30,038 nucleotides of DNA from a virus. Its lineage: Duplodnaviria > Caudoviricetes. The DNA lies in the IMG/VR virus record IMGVR_UViG_3300040811_002370, positions 1 through 30,038 of that record; one strand, 5' to 3'. The notes under the pieces were generated by a model. It had not been told where the DNA came from. It saw only the letters and a list, made by a program, of their open reading frames with translations, and did not search any database. Positions 25,715-30,038 of the stretch are shown in pieces. Positions within the stretch are counted from its first letter, which is position 1, and every line of letters starts with the position of its first letter. The translations under genes were made by a program, and so were the position numbers.

Positions 25715-26602
25715 TTATGCTAGGGTGAATCCTTTGTATGAACTAATTTTTCCTCTTATGAGTTCATGAATACCAGAGATAGCAATTTTTCTATCTTCTC
25801 TCGTGTAATTTCTACAAAATCGACTTATGTTTGTCTCATGGACGATTTCACCTTCTGGGGTTTTTATAGTGAAATTCACATAAAATTTCAATTCGGTATC
25901 TGGGAGGTGGAATCCATAATGATGGCATATTTTTCGATCCAGAACTTTAACAAATGAGGTTTTAATCAGATTATGTTCCCTGCAAAATTGATCAATATCA
26001 TCACCAGTAAAAACTTCACCTTCTGCTGATACCACAGTAAATTCTCTTCTTGTTTTTTCTCGATATTCTTCTGGTGTGAGCAATCTTCTTTTTGATGTGT
26101 CTATTCCATTACTTTTCTGGAATGAAGCTAATCCTCTTGCACTTGAAATAAATCCTGTTTCCAGACAAATGTACTTCAATTCTGATATTTGCCGAAGATG
26201 TCCCGATTCTACATTCGTTCTTCCGCCTAACAATCCGCCTCTTCTTGATATTTCATGATTTGGATCGAAACATCCTGTTCCATTCTTCTTATGAGTTTCG
26301 GCAGCTTTCTTGCCAGCTTTTTTATATTGTTCTAATGAAACAAATCCTCCAACATTTTCATTAAGACACCATTTTTCGTTTAGGAATGGCTTGATCAATC
26401 TTTTTTCGATTTCATATGCCTCGTGTCGAGTGGAAAATAATCGCAATATTTGCTTCTTTGGAGTGTAAAGTTCCCATGCCCATTTATTTGTTTTGGGAGA
26501 ACCCCAATATTCTTCGTCAAATACTTTTTCTAGGTGCATACCATAATAGTAATATGGTACTTCCTCGAATGTGATTTTATACACATAAATGCGTGGTTGC
26601 AT
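25715..26602 (-). CDS. GIY-YIG-like (Seg-type) homing endonuclease
   Basis: IYVYKITF...YYYYGMH, YWGS, EIE..LI and CLNEN, plus two C-terminal F..../EGE../I..FCR repeats. Start reassigned to MQPRIY. Confidence 0.8.
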   Translation of the reverse strand: MQPRIYVYKITFEEVPYYYYGMHLEKVFDEEYWGSPKTNKWAWELYTPKKQILRLFSTRHEAYEIEKRLIKPFLNEKWCLNENVGGFVSLEQYKKAGKKAAETHKKNGTGCFDPNHEISRRGGLLGGRTNVESGHLRQISELKYICLETGFISSARGLASFQKSNGIDTSKRRLLTPEEYREKTRREFTVVSAEGEVFTGDDIDQFCREHNLIKTSFVKVLDRKICHHYGFHLPDTELKFYVNFTIKTPEGEIVHETNISRFCRNYTREDRKIAISGIHELIRGKISSYKGFTLA

Positions 26603-26699
26603 AACTGCTCTTGAATTGACTGCATTATTATTTATAAGAAAAGGTGCCCAAAAGAGCACCTTTTCCACCTGTAGAGATTGCAGTCAACTCAGGCAGTTC
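26603..26699 (-). promoter_or_regulatory. Late promoter TATAAATA (26629-26636) inside a nested hairpin
   Basis: AACTGC..TTGACTGCA / TGCAGTCAA..GCAGTT outer arms and inner AAAAGGTGC/GCACCTTTT stem. Confidence 0.75.
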
Positions 26700-26717
26700 T
26701 ATTTATGAGGGTAAGGA

Positions 26718-27149
26718 TCAATCTCCCCAGTATTCGTACATAAAACCTTGTGGAGTTGAGTAGTGAACATGTACGACTTTACTGCTGTTAATAATAAAAT
26801 TTGAGCAAATTCTACAAGGTCTAGCATCTCTCAGTTCTTTCCCACCATGACCACCAACTCTACAAACTACAATCGTATCTGCATCTTCTCGTGCCTTTAC
26901 CAAACAAAATATCTCTGCGTGTCCGAAGATTTTTTTCTCAAGTTGTGGTTCATTAAAAATTCTTGCTGCATTTTGTGCTGCAAAAAATTGTACAGGATGA
27001 GTCCTGGTATAATTGTTTGTTGCAGTTGCAATTACACGATTCCTCTTATCAAGTAAAATGGCTCCCATTTTCTTGGGAGCATCAGAAGCCATCGCAACGG
27101 CAATGGCCTGGTTGAGAATACTTTTTTTCAGTGGCGATCGAGTTGGCAT
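26718..27149 (-). CDS. Zinc-dependent cytidine/dCMP deaminase-fold protein
   Basis: HAE and PCRIC motifs. Confidence 0.85.
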   Translation of the reverse strand: MPTRSPLKKSILNQAIAVAMASDAPKKMGAILLDKRNRVIATATNNYTRTHPVQFFAAQNAARIFNEPQLEKKIFGHAEIFCLVKAREDADTIVVCRVGGHGGKELRDARPCRICSNFIINSSKVVHVHYSTPQGFMYEYWGD

Positions 27150-27151
27150 AA

Positions 27152-27472
27152 TCAGACTTTAAGTTGATAAAAATCATCCCATTCACGATCTGTCCATGCA
27201 ATCATGTCATCTGTACATTCTTGCACATCGCCAGAGAATGCAATCCACATTTCTTCGGCATCACCAAAATCTTTCATTACTTCATCGGTTTTCATCTGCT
27301 CTAGCAATTCATCATACTGAGAAAGATCATCATCATTGTAGGCATCTTGAATTTCTTTGAACTTATCTTTTGAAATTACGATTTCACTATAAACAATTTG
27401 CCTACGAACTAGAGTGACATTATCACTATTTGAATCTTCAATTACAGTTGCAAGTTGACTTAGAGTTTTCAT
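27152..27472 (-). CDS. Acidic hypothetical protein
   Basis: Start likely MKTLSQL, directly after the upstream stop. Confidence 0.65.
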   Translation of the reverse strand: MKTLSQLATVIEDSNSDNVTLVRRQIVYSEIVISKDKFKEIQDAYNDDDLSQYDELLEQMKTDEVMKDFGDAEEMWIAFSGDVQECTDDMIAWTDREWDDFYQLKV

Positions 27473-27473
27473 T

Positions 27474-27698
27474 TCAATAGACTCCATAACCATAAAGTTC
27501 GTCCTTAACCCATTCCTGGGCATAAGATCGTCCTTTGACAATCAAATAGGCAATACCAATAAAGGTAATATATGTGACGCCAAATACGATTCCAATCAAC
27601 ATAAAAGGCACTGCAGCCATATTCTTCATAATCACATACCACGGCAACAGATTGTTGTTGCGAGTGCTCGGCCAGTTCCAGTTGATTTTCATTGTCAT
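27474..27698 (-). CDS. Small membrane protein
   Basis: Long hydrophobic stretch and ATGA overlap. Confidence 0.65.
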   Translation of the reverse strand: MTMKINWNWPSTRNNNLLPWYVIMKNMAAVPFMLIGIVFGVTYITFIGIAYLIVKGRSYAQEWVKDELYGYGVY

Positions 27699-28069
27699 GA
27701 AGGAATTTCTACGATTTTGGCAGTTTCAACATCATAACATACCCATTCACCATTGGTAAAGAGATAGGCATATTCTTCGCCATCAGAAAGATATTCATTC
27801 AAATCTTTATCATGACGAGGAGGACAATCTTCGCCACGCTGGGAATAATACTGCACACCATAAGAACCATCGGCACTATCATCCCAACGATCCTTTGTCC
27901 AACAAGAACTCATATCACCACCATCAATCAATTCTGATGCACTTTGGCGAGTATTATAATGAGTTTTTAGTGTTTTGCCGAGCCATTCAGGATAGCCATC
28001 CCAGTGATGATATACCGAAAGAATTGAACCATTCTTCAGTTCAATTCCAAGTCTGGATCTTGTGGCCAT
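27695..28069 (-). CDS. Conserved phage hypothetical protein (HHWDGYP motif)
   Basis: MATRSR.G...SVYHHWDGYPEWLG...EEYAYLF. Confidence 0.8.
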   Translation of the reverse strand: MATRSRLGIELKNGSILSVYHHWDGYPEWLGKTLKTHYNTRQSASELIDGGDMSSCWTKDRWDDSADGSYGVQYYSQRGEDCPPRHDKDLNEYLSDGEEYAYLFTNGEWVCYDVETAKIVEIPS

Positions 28070-28118
28070 GATTAAAAATAAATTGGTTTGTTGGATGGGG
28101 GGAACCCCTTTGTTTTAA

Positions 28119-28421
28119 TCAGCGATTGCGGATCAGAAGATACCGATTGCCGATCTTTTCTTGTGCTCGGCCTGTACGCACCCCACGCTCTTGCAAAAGC
28201 TTAATTTCGGCCTTCAGGGCAGGATCAGTCACAGAGACCGTTCGACGGCCATTACAGACGGTCACAGAGCCCTCTGGCACGCTGATCTTGGTCTTCTCGG
28301 CAGCATCCATCAGACTCATCAGATTCTGTTCGGCAGCAGAAAGCTCGGCAAGAATAGAATCACGCTGCCCTTTGATCGCGGCAATCTTCAGGACTGCAAC
28401 GGAAATGTCGGTGGTGTTCAT
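28119..28421 (-). CDS. Early hypothetical protein (GC-rich)
   Basis: Own TATACT -10 (28444-28449) and palindrome at 28480. Confidence 0.7.
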   Translation of the reverse strand: MNTTDISVAVLKIAAIKGQRDSILAELSAAEQNLMSLMDAAEKTKISVPEGSVTVCNGRRTVSVTDPALKAEIKLLQERGVRTGRAQEKIGNRYLLIRNR

Positions 28422-28491
28422 GGGGTTGTTTGAACTGAAGTCAGTATAGGGGATGGATGGAGTGCTTGTGGGTGGTGCTTGTGCCGGTTTG

Positions 28492-28644
28492 TCAGGTGTC
28501 CATCAGATGATCAATCTGGTTCTGATAATAGCGAATATCATCAGTAATTGATTCCCTGATGTTCCTGTTGTTTGTTTCTTCTCGTTCTTGTTTTAGTTTT
28601 TTGATTTGTTCTTGCAAAAGTTTAATTTTTTCGTCTTCAGTCAT
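28492..28644 (-). CDS. Small coiled-coil protein (50 aa)
   Basis: Hand translation MTEDEKIKLLQEQIKKLKQEREE...DHLMDT. ATGA overlap. Confidence 0.65.
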   Translation of the reverse strand: MTEDEKIKLLQEQIKKLKQEREETNNRNIRESITDDIRYYQNQIDHLMDT

Positions 28645-28892
28645 AACAGATTGATAGGTTCATCTTTTATTGTACTTTTGTGTACTTTTTCCATGATTTT
28701 AACATCTGGAAAATATTTCTTGATATATCTCTTTTCTGTCATAGAATCCTTATAACCAACTACACTTAGTGGAATTTTTCCTTGTCCACAATCCACTAGC
28801 CAATAAGAAATGACGGAATCAGATCTCGGAACTCCACAATAATCTTTGCTATGAATGAGGTGATAAGTTCCATTAACTTTGATTAGTGGCAT
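28641..28892 (-). CDS. Hypothetical protein
   Basis: 83 aa, tightly packed with neighbours. Confidence 0.65.
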   Translation of the reverse strand: MPLIKVNGTYHLIHSKDYCGVPRSDSVISYWLVDCGQGKIPLSVVGYKDSMTEKRYIKKYFPDVKIMEKVHKSTIKDEPINLL

Positions 28893-28893
28893 C

Positions 28894-29085
28894 TCAGTTT
28901 TCCTCCTTGCAATAATCCTCCATAAAATTCTTCAACACCTTGAACCTATCTTCACTGATGTCCCACACAAGTGTTTGGATAATTGTTTGCATGAGAATAG
29001 GATCTTTGGGAGCAAGTTCCTCCAGAAGATCAATCATTTGAACTCGTGGGTGCATGGTGAAATGCCTGTTCCAACCTCCATACAA
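28894..29085 (-). CDS. Hypothetical protein
   Basis: Start uncertain, MHPRVQ is an alternative. Confidence 0.55.
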   Translation of the reverse strand: MYGGWNRHFTMHPRVQMIDLLEELAPKDPILMQTIIQTLVWDISEDRFKVLKNFMEDYCKEEN

Positions 29086-29140
29086 TAAAACCTCCAGTGG
29101 TGTGCTGGAGGCTGGGGTGGACAGTTTTTCGGTTGTCTAC

Positions 29141-29434
29141 TTACTTTTTCTTTTTCTTTGGCTTTGGTAGTTTCTCTGCTGCTTGTTGTTTCTCCAATCT
29201 TCTAAATGCTCCTGCTCCACTTGCTCTCATAATTGCCGCAACTTGCGCTGCTCTTTCTGGTGATCCTGGCGCAGTCTCGACTGGTCTTTCGGTGTCTCCA
29301 ATGTTAAAATCTCCAGTATGTCCTGTCTTTACAACTCCTCTAGTGAGTTCTTTTTTTTGTTTTTTACTTAATTTTGGCTCTTTGTCCTTTTTCTTCTCTT
29401 GAAGAATCTGATTAAATTCGTTAAATGTTCTCAT
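29141..29434 (-). CDS. Basic hypothetical protein with MRTFNEF N-terminus
   Basis: 97 aa. An M(K/R)TFxEF start is typical of T4-like head-targeted proteins. Confidence 0.65.
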   Translation of the reverse strand: MRTFNEFNQILQEKKKDKEPKLSKKQKKELTRGVVKTGHTGDFNIGDTERPVETAPGSPERAAQVAAIMRASGAGAFRRLEKQQAAEKLPKPKKKKK

Positions 29435-30038
29435 TTTCTTTTTGGTTGTGTTTTTGTTCTTCTTGGTTTGCCCGATGCTCTAAATGTTGGTTGTGGATTT
29501 TTGACAATGGAGCGATTTGCCACATCTTTATCCACAACAACATAAGATCCTCTTGGTAAATCTTTTTTGGTTGGATTCTCATGAGCATCTGGTACTCTTA
29601 CAATTTTCTTTCCAGATTCAATCGCTGCCTTTGCCTGTTTTCTTGGATCAACTGGTTTGTTTTTGTCCTTTACCAAATCTTCATCAGAACTATTCTTCAC
29701 CCAATTTTTCATTTTTGTACGAAATTGTTTTGGAGAATCAGTAGAGTGAACTTTAGGATTCACGATTCTCAAATTCACATCGGAATGTCCATAATCTCTT
29801 GTTACTCTTCTGCTCGGTGAAGTATAAACACCTTGACCATAAGATCCAGTTGATGGGGAATCCTTAAATCCAGAATCTTGGATTCTTTTCTTGTTATCTC
29901 TGGATGTAGAATGAATGAGATTTAAAACTCTCATTCTTTTTGCTTCTTCTACAGTTTTTGGTATTTGTGTTTTGGTTCTTCTTTTAAATGGAGAAAGATC
30001 TCGATATTTCTTCGGAACTTTTGGTGCCGGAATTGTTG
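29431..30038 (-). CDS. ADP-ribosyltransferase-like (PARP-type H/Y) domain protein, probably 5'-partial
   Basis: IHST...I..SGF....GSYGQGVYTS. The frame stays open from 29934 to the window edge. Confidence 0.55.
   Translation of the reverse strand, partial: TIPAPKVPKKYRDLSPFKRRTKTQIPKTVEEAKRMRVLNLIHSTSRDNKKRIQDSGFKDSPSTGSYGQGVYTSPSRRVTRDYGHSDVNLRIVNPKVHSTDSPKQFRTKMKNWVKNSSDEDLVKDKNKPVDPRKQAKAAIESGKKIVRVPDAHENPTKKDLPRGSYVVVDKDVANRSIVKNPQPTFRASGKPRRTKTQPKRK

Noticed and set aside
28509-28530. Possible self-target of the TnpB guide (GATCAATC....TCTGATA resembles 22565-22583)
   Set aside because: There is a four-base central mismatch in AT-rich sequence and the guide boundary is unproven, so this is likely chance.
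29931-30038. Separate gene ending at 29931
   Set aside because: The frame ending at that TGA has an earlier stop, while the 29431 ORF frame is open to the window edge.

Overview
This window is from a T4-like cyanomyophage (probably freshwater). Almost all genes are on the minus strand. 1-9.5 kb is an AT-rich late structural block: a giant baseplate wedge initiator running off the left edge, then gp6 and gp25. A glycosyltransferase and small conserved genes follow. About 11.9-22.5 kb is a modular early-gene island. Each module has a ~24-bp palindrome flanked by two opposed -10 boxes. The leftward promoter drives a small ORF. The rightward promoter points into a fixed-length 45-nt element with a covarying hairpin (11 copies), the best candidate for an undescribed multi-copy phage small-RNA system. 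The island includes a cyAbrB-like/ArdA-like fusion and three small covarying pseudoknots, and is bracketed by mirror-image CATAAG/A-tract regions, the right one origin-like. An HNH endonuclease, a solo catalytically intact TnpB and a GIY-YIG endonuclease each sit behind a T4 late promoter inside a start-occluding hairpin. The right part also encodes a Toprim protein, LRV-repeat proteins, a deaminase and an ADP-ribosyltransferase-like protein. All calls are from reading by eye; no searches were run.
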